A DNA stretch of 64,000 nucleotides from Desulfotignum sp. (GTDB taxonomy: Bacteria; Desulfobacterota; Desulfobacteria; Desulfobacterales; Desulfobacteraceae). Location of the stretch: assembly GCA_011390615.1 (NCBI GenBank), contig JAABSB010000001.1, positions 8,636 through 72,635 on the forward strand. Direction: 5' to 3'. The notes under the pieces are model-generated. The model ran no database searches, was not told where the DNA came from, and worked only from the letters and a program-made list of their open reading frames with translations. Positions 9,490-19,402 of the stretch are shown here, piece by piece. The number at the start of each line of letters is the position of its first letter. Positions within the stretch are counted from its first letter, which is position 1. A program made the position numbers and the translations under genes.

Positions 9490-11489
9490 ACCTTGAACTG
9501 TCCCACCATCTCCCCGAGCCGGGCTGCCAGTTTTGCCAGATCTTCTGAACTTTCATTCACCTGGGCGCTGCGATCTGCCATATCAGCAGCCGACTGGTGG
9601 ACATCAGTGATATCTTTTGTGATTTCATCGGCCACAGCGGAACTCTGGCCCACATTCTGGTTGACCTCTTCAACACCCGCAGATGCCTGGCCGATATTGC
9701 GTGCAATTTCACGGGTGGCAGAAGACTGCTCCTCCACAGAGGTGGCAATGGTAGCAACGATCTCGTTAACCTCCCGGATCACCTGGGAAATTTCATTGAT
9801 GCCGGACATGGTACCATCGGAACTTTCCTGGATGTGATCAATCTTTGACTTGATATCCATGGATGCTTCAGAGGTCTGTTTGGCCAGTTCCTTGATCTCA
9901 TTGGCCACCACGGCAAACCCTTTGCCTGCCTCACCGGCCCGGGCCGCCTCAATGGTAGCATTCAAGGACAGCAGGTTGACCTGCTCGGAGATGTCGGTAA
10001 TGGTTTCCACCACCTTGCCGATGGACTGGGCGGCCTGGCTCAGCTGCTGCATTTTTTCTCTGGAATCGCCTGCCTTTTTTACGGCATTGTCTGAGATGGA
10101 CCGGGCTTTTTCCGCATTCTGGGCAATCTCGCTGATGGTGGCATTCATCTCATCTGCCGCTGCTGCCACAGTATTGAGGTTGGTGCTGGATTCTTCCATG
10201 GCTGCGGACACAGAAGTCATATTTGCTGTCATCTCTTCTGCAGCCGCTGCCACGGTACTGGCTTTTTCCGAGGTGTTTTCCGCCCCGGCGGTCATCTGTT
10301 CTGAAATAGAAGACAATTGTGTGGCTGAAGAGGAAAGAGTATCCACTCCCTGGGAAATGTCGGTGATCATTGTCTGGAGCTTTGCCATAAATGTGTTGAC
10401 CGCTTTTGATAATATTCCCACCTCATCCTGGCTGTTTACTGCAAGGCGTTTGGTCAAATCCCCTTCGCCTGTGGAGATGTCTTTGAGCCCAGACACCGCA
10501 TCATTAACGGGTCTGGTAATGGTTCTTGCGGCAAATGCCAGACATATACCCACCAATACCATGGCGACCAGTCCCACAACCACATTATAAAGGGTCATTT
10601 CCCTGACATCAGCCATGAACTCCGACTGGTCCTGGGTTACCCCGATGCTCCATCCGGTGAGCGGTACATGGGCAAATCCTGCTGTTTTGCGTGTGCCCTT
10701 GAAAACATACTCCTCCACCCCGGACTCCTGGGCCATCATGCGCCGGGTGATCTCTTCCATGCCTTCCAGGGTTTTAACATCCAGTTCAAAAATAAATTCC
10801 GTGTTGGGGTGGGCGATAACCACACCATTTTTGTTGATCACATATGGGTAACCGGTGTCTCCGATTTTTATGGATGTGATCTTGTCAGACAGGGTATCCA
10901 GTTTCACAACAGCGATAAATACCCCGGCAAATTCTCCGGCACCGGTTTTCACAGGCGTGCTTGCCACCACCACGGGATTGCCCGAAGATCTTGAGGCAAC
11001 CGGTTCGCCGATAATGGCTTTGCCCTGTTTTGCAGCAATAAAATAATCTCTGTCCTTGATGTTGACCTTGTTTTCCCGCATGGCGCCCCCCATGCTGTCA
11101 CTGACAGACAGTCCCTGGGCATCAGCCAGAACAAACAGTTCATACCCCTGGCCCACTGACGCAAATGCCTTGGCCAGGTGGTTGTCCAGGGCTGTGAGGG
11201 TATCTTCGGCTCCGTCCACCCCCTGTTGGGCCACCTGATCTACGGCATCCTGAATCATGGGGTTAAGTGCCATGCCCCGGACAAATTTCAATTCCGCTGC
11301 CATGACCATCCCGGTCATGGCAGCCAGGTCATCCGCCACCTGATAGACCTCTCCCCGGGCACGGTCGAGAAGGCCATCTGCCGCCTTTTGCAGGGAAATC
11401 GCCCCCACCACCAACAACGGCACCAATACCATGAGCAGACCCCCTGCAACCAGTTTTACGCCCAGTTTAAGATCACTGATTTTCTTCAT
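9486..11489 (-). CDS. methyl-accepting chemotaxis protein (dCache-HAMP-MA)
   Basis: Two TMs, Cache motifs (DRDYF, GYPYVI..G..IAHP), [25 protein letters not shown]. Confidence 0.95.
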   Translation of the reverse strand: MKKISDLKLGVKLVAGGLLMVLVPLLVVGAISLQKAADGLLDRARGEVYQVADDLAAMTGMVMAAELKFVRGMALNPMIQDAVDQVAQQGVDGAEDTLTALDNHLAKAFASVGQGYELFVLADAQGLSVSDSMGGAMRENKVNIKDRDYFIAAKQGKAIIGEPVASRSSGNPVVVASTPVKTGAGEFAGVFIAVVKLDTLSDKITSIKIGDTGYPYVINKNGVVIAHPNTEFIFELDVKTLEGMEEITRRMMAQESGVEEYVFKGTRKTAGFAHVPLTGWSIGVTQDQSEFMADVREMTLYNVVVGLVAMVLVGICLAFAARTITRPVNDAVSGLKDISTGEGDLTKRLAVNSQDEVGILSKAVNTFMAKLQTMITDISQGVDTLSSSATQLSSISEQMTAGAENTSEKASTVAAAAEEMTANMTSVSAAMEESSTNLNTVAAAADEMNATISEIAQNAEKARSISDNAVKKAGDSREKMQQLSQAAQSIGKVVETITDISEQVNLLSLNATIEAARAGEAGKGFAVVANEIKELAKQTSEASMDIKSKIDHIQESSDGTMSGINEISQVIREVNEIVATIATSVEEQSSATREIARNIGQASAGVEEVNQNVGQSSAVADEITKDITDVHQSAADMADRSAQVNESSEDLAKLAARLGEMVGQFKV

Positions 11490-11668
11490 TTTCCATGCCC
11501 TCCAGTGTAAGATGGATCCTGCCAAAAACAGCAGCGATCAGATTGTTTTCCCCTTTTTGCCCAATTATCATACCCTATGCATGCGAAATGTCAAGAATCC
11601 TTCAGACACAGGTCACGGTGAATCTTTTTGGTTGACAAATCCCGGGGGTTACTGCCATATCTTCTACC

Positions 11669-13288
11669 ATGAACCAGCCTGATACAGCCCTGCAGCATCT
11701 GTCCCTCAAAGAATTTTATTTCATTGGCATACGGGCGGTTGTGTTTGGCATCCTGGTGATTTTTCTTCTCAATCTTGCCACCCCGCTGGAATTTATCATT
11801 GACCGGTTCAAACAACTGGGTGACAGCGCCCATATCTCCTGGGCTAAGATTATCGCAAGCCGGCTGGGCATTTTTTTCAGCCTGGCAGCACTTTCCTGTG
11901 TTCCGTTCCTGGTTATTCTCAAAAAATTTCTGTCGCCGGTGGCTGCCTGCCTGAAACAGGTAAACCTTCAGGAACCCATCGGGCCGGAACTTGAAAAAAA
12001 GGCCCGGCAGCGGCTGGTCAACCTGCCCTTTTTCATGGTGCCTGTGTTTATCTTTTTATGGACCTTCATCCCGTTATCTGTTTTTTTGGCTGCCGTTCTT
12101 ACAGACAGAATGGATTTTGGGACAGCTCTTGTTTTTACACTCAGGTCTGCCATGGTGGGGTGTATTTCCGCTGCCATTGTTTTTTTCGGCATGGAAGCCC
12201 AGGCCAGAAAGCAGCTGATTCCCTTTTTTTTCCCCAAAGGAGATCTGTCTGCCACAGACGGCACACGACAGCTTTCCATTTCCCGCAGGGTTCGGGCCTT
12301 TTTCAGGGTGGGCAGCCTGATTCCTCTTGCCAACATTGTCATGACCCTGTTTATTCTTTACTGGCAGGTGGAAAACAATACGGTTTCCGCCAAAACATAC
12401 GGCCTGGGTGTGCTGATTTTTTCCCTGGTGGTATTTGTTGTTTTCTTTCTGGCAGCAGGATTTGGAAACAGGCTGTTTGCCCGGTCCATTTCAGATCCTC
12501 TGGAACGGATATTAACTGCGGTTGAGCAGGTAAAAAAAGGCAATTACACGGCCCGGGTGAAAGTGGTCTCCAATGATGAGATCGGCATACTGGGGGATGC
12601 AACGAACCGGATGATCCAGGGATTGGAGGAAAAAGAAAAACTCAACGAGATGTTCGGCCGGTATGTCACCCCCCAGATAAGGGATGAGATTCTTTCCGGC
12701 CGGATACCCCTGGACGGGGAAGACAAAGAGGTTACCGTCCTTTTCGCAGATCTGCGCGATTATACGCCCATGGCTGAATCCCGTGATCCCAAACAGGTGG
12801 TGCAGATCCTCAATGCTTATTTCCAGGAAATGGGGGCTGCAGTCACGGCCCATAACGGCCTGATCCTCCAGTTTCTGGGGGATGAAATCTATGCAGTGTT
12901 CGGTGCGCCGGTGGCCTGCCAGGACCATCCTGAACAGGCTTTTCGCACAGCCCTTGACATGAACCGGCGGCTGGCTGATGTAAACCGCAGGTTTAAAGCA
13001 CGGCAGTGGCCGACCCTGTCCCACGGCATCGGCATCCACACCGGCAGGGCAGTGGCCGCCTGCATCGGCAGCCCTGACCGGCTTTCCTATCTGCTGGTGG
13101 GGGACACCATCAACCTGGCATCCCGTCTTCAGTCCCTGACGCGCAAACTGGATGCCGGCATCATCATTTCCGCTGATACCATTGCCCGCCTGCCCCGGCA
13201 CCTGGTGCAGGGGAATCTGTTCAGACACTCACAGACCGTGCAGGTCAAGGGCAGGCAGATGGATGTGGATATCTTTGTTATCGCCTGA
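11669..13288 (+). CDS. membrane-bound class III nucleotidyl cyclase with HAMP domain
   Basis: Multiple TMs, HAMP (DEIGIL), LFADLRDYT, GDE, GIGIHTG, GDTINLASRL. Confidence 0.9.
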   Translation: MNQPDTALQHLSLKEFYFIGIRAVVFGILVIFLLNLATPLEFIIDRFKQLGDSAHISWAKIIASRLGIFFSLAALSCVPFLVILKKFLSPVAACLKQVNLQEPIGPELEKKARQRLVNLPFFMVPVFIFLWTFIPLSVFLAAVLTDRMDFGTALVFTLRSAMVGCISAAIVFFGMEAQARKQLIPFFFPKGDLSATDGTRQLSISRRVRAFFRVGSLIPLANIVMTLFILYWQVENNTVSAKTYGLGVLIFSLVVFVVFFLAAGFGNRLFARSISDPLERILTAVEQVKKGNYTARVKVVSNDEIGILGDATNRMIQGLEEKEKLNEMFGRYVTPQIRDEILSGRIPLDGEDKEVTVLFADLRDYTPMAESRDPKQVVQILNAYFQEMGAAVTAHNGLILQFLGDEIYAVFGAPVACQDHPEQAFRTALDMNRRLADVNRRFKARQWPTLSHGIGIHTGRAVAACIGSPDRLSYLLVGDTINLASRLQSLTRKLDAGIIISADTIARLPRHLVQGNLFRHSQTVQVKGRQMDVDIFVIA

Positions 13289-13293
13289 CAACC

Positions 13294-14472
13294 TTATACC
13301 ACGTTCAATTCTTTATAGAGCCTGTTGGCAGCAAACCGCTCAAATGCGAAACAGGTCAGATCCAGTGTTCTGTATTTTCCATAGGTGACCAGTTCAGAAA
13401 CCGCTCTGCCCACACCCGGCGACTGCTGCAGGCCATGGCCGCTGAACCCGTTGGCAAAAATAAAATTGGTCACTTCAGGATGGGGGCCGATAATGGCATT
13501 CTGGTCCTTTACATTATAGGCGTAATGACCGGCCCAGGAGGATATCCGTTTGATGGCGTCAAACGCCGGCACCCGTTCAGCCAGAATCGGCCACAACTGC
13601 TCTTCAAACACCGAATAATCCATGAAAAAATCCTCACAGTCCGGATCATTGTTTTCATCCGGAGATTTGCCGCAGATGTAATTTTCTCCTTCTGGCCTGA
13701 AGTAGGCACCGGTGGGATCCACCACCAGCGGGCAATCAGGCAGCCGGGTATTGCATTTGAACAAAAATACAAACCGCTTGCGGGAATGGACCGGCAGGTC
13801 ATCAATGCCTGCCATTTCAGCTATACGTGCTGCTTTGGGTCCGGCTGCATTGATAAATGTGAGGCCATTTTTGGTTTCACCGGACCCCAAAGTTATGTGC
13901 GAAATTTTCTGCCCGGTGCGCTGGACCCCCACCACAGTGTCTTTGAGATATGTTACGCCAAGGCTTTTTGCCTTGTTCTTGAATGCCATCGTCAGACAGT
14001 GGGGATCGAACCAGCCAGCATCGGCAAATCCATATGACCCGGCACAAAGATCATCAGTGTGCAGCCAGCCAAATTTTTCTTTTAGCTGGGCCTGGTCCAG
14101 AATCTGGACATTGGCACCTGCGGCTGTCTGTGTTTCATGATTTTTCTGCAATACCGGCATCCCTTTTTCAGTTGCCAGAAAAAGATACCCGTTTTCCATA
14201 AAATCAACAGTTACAGGGTCATCATCAAATCTTAAATGCGCATCGATATTTTTAATGAATGATGCACCAAATTGTGACAGCTGGATATTTTCCGTGTTGG
14301 AGAACTGCTGACGGATGCCGCCGGCAGAAAGACTTGTGGAACACTGGGCATAGGTGGGGTCTTTTTCAACCACCAGAATTTTCCCTGTAAAATCGGGATT
14401 GCTGGCCAGAAAATATGCTGTCGCGCTGCCCATGACCGCCCCGCCGATAATTATTACATCATAGGTTTCCAT
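13294..14472 (-). CDS. FAD-dependent oxidoreductase, DAO/sarcosine oxidase family (FOXRED1-like)
   Basis: IIGGAVMG, SAGGIRQQFS, GFSGHGLQQSP. Confidence 0.9.
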   Translation of the reverse strand: METYDVIIIGGAVMGSATAYFLASNPDFTGKILVVEKDPTYAQCSTSLSAGGIRQQFSNTENIQLSQFGASFIKNIDAHLRFDDDPVTVDFMENGYLFLATEKGMPVLQKNHETQTAAGANVQILDQAQLKEKFGWLHTDDLCAGSYGFADAGWFDPHCLTMAFKNKAKSLGVTYLKDTVVGVQRTGQKISHITLGSGETKNGLTFINAAGPKAARIAEMAGIDDLPVHSRKRFVFLFKCNTRLPDCPLVVDPTGAYFRPEGENYICGKSPDENNDPDCEDFFMDYSVFEEQLWPILAERVPAFDAIKRISSWAGHYAYNVKDQNAIIGPHPEVTNFIFANGFSGHGLQQSPGVGRAVSELVTYGKYRTLDLTCFAFERFAANRLYKELNVV

Positions 14473-14575
14473 GTGTGATTACTCCTTTTTTCCGGCTGTG
14501 GCACCCCCACAGACATTCAGGTTTGATTTGGCTGAAATTTTTCCTCCTGCAATGGAAGATTTTTTTAATATTTTA

Positions 14576-14675
14576 TTGGTATACCAAAAAAATATTTAAA
14601 GTCAATATCTATTTTATCCCTTTTTTAGGTGGTAAAATCCGAAAAAAGCAGATATGTATTATTATAGTATACCAA
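14576..14675. promoter_or_regulatory. two GntR/FadR-type operator sites in the divergent promoter region
   Basis: Perfect palindrome TTGGTATACCAA at 14576-14587 and ATAGTATACCAA at 14664-14675. The first overlaps the -10 of a minus-strand TTGACT-16-TATACC promoter. Confidence 0.72.
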
Positions 14676-14695
14676 ACAAATTTTAAAAAAGGCCC

Positions 14696-15352
14696 ATGAA
14701 CCAGCACATTTATCATACCCTGCACTACCGGATTGTCTTTTTAGAATACGCACCAGGGCAGATTCTCAAAGAACAGGTCCTGGCTGAAGAATTCGGTGTC
14801 AGCCGCACGCCTTTGCGCACGGTATTGTTCCGCCTGGAATGGGAGCATCTGGTCAAAATACTGCCCCGCACAGGCATCCAGGTATCAGAACTTGAACTAA
14901 ACACCATAACCCACGTGTTTCAGGCCCGGCTGGAGCTGGAAGCGGTCATTGGCACCATGGCGGCGGAACGGTTTTCCAAATCCCATTTTACCCGCCTGGA
15001 CGGGTGTATGGAACAATGCCGGCACCTGCTGGACCATAGGGACACCCAAACACTGGGCCGTGTGGACATGGACCTGAAAAAAATTTTTCACGATGCGGCA
15101 GGAAACCCGTTTCTTACGGAAATGTCAGACCGATTCTATATGCTGACATTCCGCCTGTGGTATTTCAACCTGGTAAAAATGGACAACCAGGCCTGGAAAC
15201 AGGAGATTCTGTGTCTGCAGTCGGATGTAAGCGCACTGAAGGATATGCTAGCGGCAGGAAACCCGGAAAAGGTGGGAAAAACAAGAAAAACCCAGCTTCT
15301 GGCCCATGTGGAACGTATCCGCACCACATTCCTGGGGCTGTCCGGCATCTGA
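14696..15352 (+). CDS. GntR family transcriptional regulator (FCD type)
   Basis: PGQIL.EQVLAEEFGVSRTPLR wHTH, R..LE and AGNPFL FCD features. Confidence 0.92.
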   Translation: MNQHIYHTLHYRIVFLEYAPGQILKEQVLAEEFGVSRTPLRTVLFRLEWEHLVKILPRTGIQVSELELNTITHVFQARLELEAVIGTMAAERFSKSHFTRLDGCMEQCRHLLDHRDTQTLGRVDMDLKKIFHDAAGNPFLTEMSDRFYMLTFRLWYFNLVKMDNQAWKQEILCLQSDVSALKDMLAAGNPEKVGKTRKTQLLAHVERIRTTFLGLSGI

Positions 15353-15370
15353 TATTTGCCAACCGCCTGT

Positions 15371-15398
15371 AAAATTTTGGTTAACACCAAAATATTTT
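15371..15398. terminator. possible bidirectional hairpin between convergent genes
   Basis: ATTTTGGT-TAAC-ACCAAAAT flanked by A and T runs. The stem is weak and AT-rich. Confidence 0.35.
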
Positions 15399-15405
15399 GC
15401 CATAT

Positions 15406-16185
15406 TCAGGATGCGTTTTTTTTCTCCATAGATGCCTGGACAAATGACAAGGTGGCTTTGACATCCTTGTTCAACAGGGCATTGCACATACTGTCCTGCC
15501 AGGTTCCGGCTGCCAGATCCTGTGCAATCTTTTTGGCGGTATCTGATTTCAGGCTTTTTTTGAGCTGGACAAAAGGCTGGTTGGGGGTATCGATCCACAG
15601 GCTGATGATCTGCTTTGCCCGAACAATCAGCTGGTCTTCATCCACCAGTTCATCCACCATCTCCTGTTCCAGGGCACAGGTTACATCCTTCATCTCCCCG
15701 AAATACATGACATCCCTGAAGCGTTTGTCAGAATCCAGTCCGAACCGCATAATGGCGGCCTGGGCAATGGTCAGTCCCAGCCCGATCTTTATCTCGCTCA
15801 TGCCCAGTTTAATTTTGGGATGGTTTTTCACCAGCCGAAAATCTGAGGCCATGGCCAGAATCAGGCCCATGGCTGCACAATGGCCGTTTATGGCGCACAC
15901 CACCGGCTTTTGGCAGGTAAAATAATCCAGCAGCACCTGCTCTTCTCTGGTAAAAAATGAAATGACCGCCTCCCTGTCGGCAAAATCCACAAACATGGGC
16001 AGGCTGAAGCCACTGGAAAAAAATCGGCCCTCACCGGTGAGGATCAGTCCTTTTATGCCGGCATCCTGGTTTACTTCTGCTACGATTTCTGCCAGCTGGT
16101 CCAGGGTCTCACGGGTAACGGCATTGGTTTTACCATCTGACAGGCAGGCAATGATGATCTGGTCTTCCACGGTTTTTTTCAGCAT
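15406..16185 (-). CDS. enoyl-CoA hydratase/isomerase family protein (probably single-Glu isomerase type)
   Basis: FFSSGFSL, KPVVCAINGHC, GMSEIKIGL. Only the second catalytic Glu is evident. Confidence 0.88.
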   Translation of the reverse strand: MLKKTVEDQIIIACLSDGKTNAVTRETLDQLAEIVAEVNQDAGIKGLILTGEGRFFSSGFSLPMFVDFADREAVISFFTREEQVLLDYFTCQKPVVCAINGHCAAMGLILAMASDFRLVKNHPKIKLGMSEIKIGLGLTIAQAAIMRFGLDSDKRFRDVMYFGEMKDVTCALEQEMVDELVDEDQLIVRAKQIISLWIDTPNQPFVQLKKSLKSDTAKKIAQDLAAGTWQDSMCNALLNKDVKATLSFVQASMEKKNAS

Positions 16186-16354
16186 CTGTATATTCCTTTC
16201 TTTTTTATGAACATTGTTTTATCTCATAATCTGCAGGGATTCAAGCCTTGAAAAACGTTTTAAAAAATCCTTTGACTTTGCAGGGAATTTGGTCATATCG
16301 TTTGGTGACCAGCGAACCTGTAACCCAAAATATAACCAGGAAAAAAGAAATGCC

Positions 16355-16885
16355 ATGACAGATTTTATGGAAATATCCCCCGGCAGGCACCACGGAAAAA
16401 GACTGTATCTCGCCTGCATGCTCTGGTTTTTCGGCCGGGCTGTCCAGGCTGCGGCCCGGGTTGATGATGGTGTAAAATCCGAATTTGCCGCCATGCCGGA
16501 CAATTTCACCTTCTGCCTGGGGGCTTTTCCCTCAGGCCCTTACATGGTAGTGGGAAAAGATGCCCACGGCCGGGTCAGGCACCTGGGATCTTCCCTTGCA
16601 GACCGCACCATTCACCTGCACCTGATGTTCAAACACCCGGCCCTTTTGTTCAGGGTATTTGCCTTCCAGGAAAACACGCCCGTGGCCAATGCCCGAAACC
16701 GGCTGTATGTGCTCGGGGATGTGCCCCAGGCCTGTGCTGTGGTGCGGATCATTGACATGGTCCAGGTTTTTCTGCTGCCCAGATTTCTGGCAAAACGCGC
16801 TGTCAAACGTTATCCTGCCTGGCCCCTGAAACGCCGTACCCTTATCCGGGCACAGGTCTATGCCCGGGCTTTCGCCGGATTGTAA
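16355..16885 (+). CDS. hypothetical protein, first gene of the ADH/AOR cluster (possibly SCP2-like)
   Basis: Start at MTDFME. Ends 10 nt before the next gene. The fold guess is inference. Confidence 0.6.
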   Translation: MTDFMEISPGRHHGKRLYLACMLWFFGRAVQAAARVDDGVKSEFAAMPDNFTFCLGAFPSGPYMVVGKDAHGRVRHLGSSLADRTIHLHLMFKHPALLFRVFAFQENTPVANARNRLYVLGDVPQACAVVRIIDMVQVFLLPRFLAKRAVKRYPAWPLKRRTLIRAQVYARAFAGL

Positions 16886-16895
16886 GGAGATATCC

Positions 16896-18029
16896 ATGAT
16901 TGCCCTGAACCATTTTTTGTGCCGGACCAAAACCGCCTTTGGCACCCAGGCCCTCACCCACCTGCCCTTTGACCTGTCCGGCATGAACGCGCGCAAACCC
17001 TTTGTGATCACAGACCAGGCAGCCAGGGATGCAGGCGTGCATCTGGCACTGGCCCGTGCATGCCGGGACACCCACCTGGCCCTTGGCGTGGTCACCCTGA
17101 CAGAGGCCGGCGATCTTGAAACCCTGTACCACCTGTTTGTGGACAAGGGGTATGACAGCATCATCGCCCTGGGTACAGGGCAGGTGGTCCAGACGGCCAA
17201 AGCCCTGAACCTGGCCGTATGCCACGGTCCTGAGCGGCTGCGGTCCCCTGCCGGTCCCGGACAGATCAAAGGGCCACTGCTGCCCCTGGTATATATTCCC
17301 ACCCACCCGGAAACCGGGCAGGACACCGCCGGTGAAACCTTTTTTTCAGGCCATTGTTTTGTTTCTGCCAACCTGATGCCCGATATTGCTGTCATCACAG
17401 CGGACACCATGCTCGGCACCCCGCGGACTGCTGTCCTGGATTCCGGGTTATCCAGTCTGGCCACCTGCTGTGAAACCTTTGCTTTTTCCGGCAACCTGTT
17501 TGCCAGATCCTATGCCCATGCAGTGATCTGTCTTGTCATGGATACTTTGCTTCCTCTGGCCCAGCAATCCGACCATGGGGAGCTTTTGTGCCAGAAAGCC
17601 GGAAAACTTCAACAGCTTCCCCTGGCAAAACTGGCCCATGCCGCTGCTGTATCCGGGTATATTCAATCCAATTTACCGGATCTGAAAACCCGGCAGGCAG
17701 GTGCTCACATCACAGCTATACACCCTGCCCCGTCTGCCGCTCTGTCTTCGGGCCTGTGCATGGCCCTGGCACTTGTGCACCTCCTTGAAAACAGCAAAGA
17801 CACATGTCCCTGGCTGGGAAAACTGCTCCTCCCCCTCACCGATGCAGCACATTACGCCGGTGTTACCGGCCCTGAACAGCCGGATGCATCTGTCCGGGTT
17901 ATCAGAGAATTGCTGCATGCATTGTCTGAAACCCTTCCCCAAGGTATGCCCAAAACCCTTGATGCAGCCGGCCTGACGTCCCGGCAAATATCTGAAATGT
18001 CAGACCTGCTGACATATGTACAGCCATAA
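16896..18029 (+). CDS. iron-containing alcohol dehydrogenase-like protein, degenerate active site
   Basis: RKPFVITD, DSIIALGTGQVVQTAK, IPT..ETG, MPDIAVI. AAGGAG RBS. Metal ligands not conserved. Confidence 0.8.
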   Translation: MIALNHFLCRTKTAFGTQALTHLPFDLSGMNARKPFVITDQAARDAGVHLALARACRDTHLALGVVTLTEAGDLETLYHLFVDKGYDSIIALGTGQVVQTAKALNLAVCHGPERLRSPAGPGQIKGPLLPLVYIPTHPETGQDTAGETFFSGHCFVSANLMPDIAVITADTMLGTPRTAVLDSGLSSLATCCETFAFSGNLFARSYAHAVICLVMDTLLPLAQQSDHGELLCQKAGKLQQLPLAKLAHAAAVSGYIQSNLPDLKTRQAGAHITAIHPAPSAALSSGLCMALALVHLLENSKDTCPWLGKLLLPLTDAAHYAGVTGPEQPDASVRVIRELLHALSETLPQGMPKTLDAAGLTSRQISEMSDLLTYVQP

Positions 18030-18038
18030 GGAGTCACC

Positions 18039-19286
18039 ATGGTAATACCTGATTATTATGAATTTAGCAGCAGGGCCCTCATCATGGCCGGCCATGATGC
18101 CCTGGAACAGATACCCGGCCTTCTTTTATCCATGGATGCCCAAAAACCCATGGTTATTACAGACCAGGGGGTACGCCGGGCAGGGCTTGTGGATATTCTG
18201 CTCCAGGCCCTTGACAGCCGGATTACTGTGAAAACCATCCAGGATGACGTTCCTGCGGATTCAGACCTGAAAACCGTGCACACCCTGGCCGGTGAATATA
18301 AAAAATACGGCTGTAATGCCATCATAGCCCTGGGAGGCGGATCAGTCATGGACACAGCCAAAGGGGTCAATATCCTGGTATCAGCATCTTCAGATAACCT
18401 GCTGGCATTCAGCGGTGCCAATGCATTAACACACACACTCAACCCACTGGTGGCTGTTCCCACCACTGCCGGCACCGGATCGGAGGTTACCCGGGTGGCG
18501 GTGATATCTGATACGGACAACCTGCGCAAACTGCTGTTCACATCGGATTTTCTCATACCTGATGCCGCCATTCTTGATCCGAGAATGACCCTGACCCTGC
18601 CCGCCCCTGTTACGGCGGCAACCGCCATGGATGCCCTGTCCCATGCTGTGGAAGCCTGCCTGTGCCTGGGCAGAAATCCTTTGAGCACTGCCCATGCCCA
18701 TGAGGCCATTGCACTTATCTCGCACAACCTTTTGCCGGTGATCCGGCAGCCGGACCATAAACCGGGCCGCCTGGCCCTTGCCACAGGGGCTGCCCTGGCA
18801 GGCATGGCATTTTCAAATTCCATGGTGGGCATGGTCCACACCCTGGGCCATGCAGCGGGATCTGTCTGCCATGCAGCCCACGGCGCCTGCATGGCTGTTC
18901 TGCTGCCCTATGGCATGGTATACAACCTTCACAAAACACAGCCCCTGTTGGCTGATCTGCTGCTGCCCATGGCCGGGGCAGATGTGTATGCCAGAACCCA
19001 ACCAGCAGACAGGGCACAAAAAGCCATTGACTGGGTGGACCGGATGAACCAGCGGCTGCACCAAGCCACTGCAGGCGCACACGCAGTCTGTCTCAGGGAA
19101 ATAAAAAGCCAGGACGGCAAAAGCCGCGTTACCGGGCACCTGCTGCCGAAGATCGCACACACCGCCCTGGGGGACGGCAGCATATTTTACAACCCCGAAG
19201 ACCTGGATTATGACGACTGCCTCATGGTACTGGAGGCTGCCTTTGACGGCGCTCCCCTGGACCCGTCCCGGGTGAAGAAAGGATAA
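18039..19286 (+). CDS. iron-containing alcohol dehydrogenase
   Basis: GGGSVMDTAK, PTTAGTGSE, DALSH, VHTLGH, AHG metal ligands. Confidence 0.94.
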   Translation: MVIPDYYEFSSRALIMAGHDALEQIPGLLLSMDAQKPMVITDQGVRRAGLVDILLQALDSRITVKTIQDDVPADSDLKTVHTLAGEYKKYGCNAIIALGGGSVMDTAKGVNILVSASSDNLLAFSGANALTHTLNPLVAVPTTAGTGSEVTRVAVISDTDNLRKLLFTSDFLIPDAAILDPRMTLTLPAPVTAATAMDALSHAVEACLCLGRNPLSTAHAHEAIALISHNLLPVIRQPDHKPGRLALATGAALAGMAFSNSMVGMVHTLGHAAGSVCHAAHGACMAVLLPYGMVYNLHKTQPLLADLLLPMAGADVYARTQPADRAQKAIDWVDRMNQRLHQATAGAHAVCLREIKSQDGKSRVTGHLLPKIAHTALGDGSIFYNPEDLDYDDCLMVLEAAFDGAPLDPSRVKKG

Positions 19287-19402
19287 AACCAGATGATCAA
19301 ATTTTTGTGTATGGTTTCTGTTAAAAGCAAAAGGATGGCAGCCAGCCGTTTTTTCTGCCATCAGTGTGAACCTGTACAAAAAAAATTGCATGGAGATGCA
19401 TT

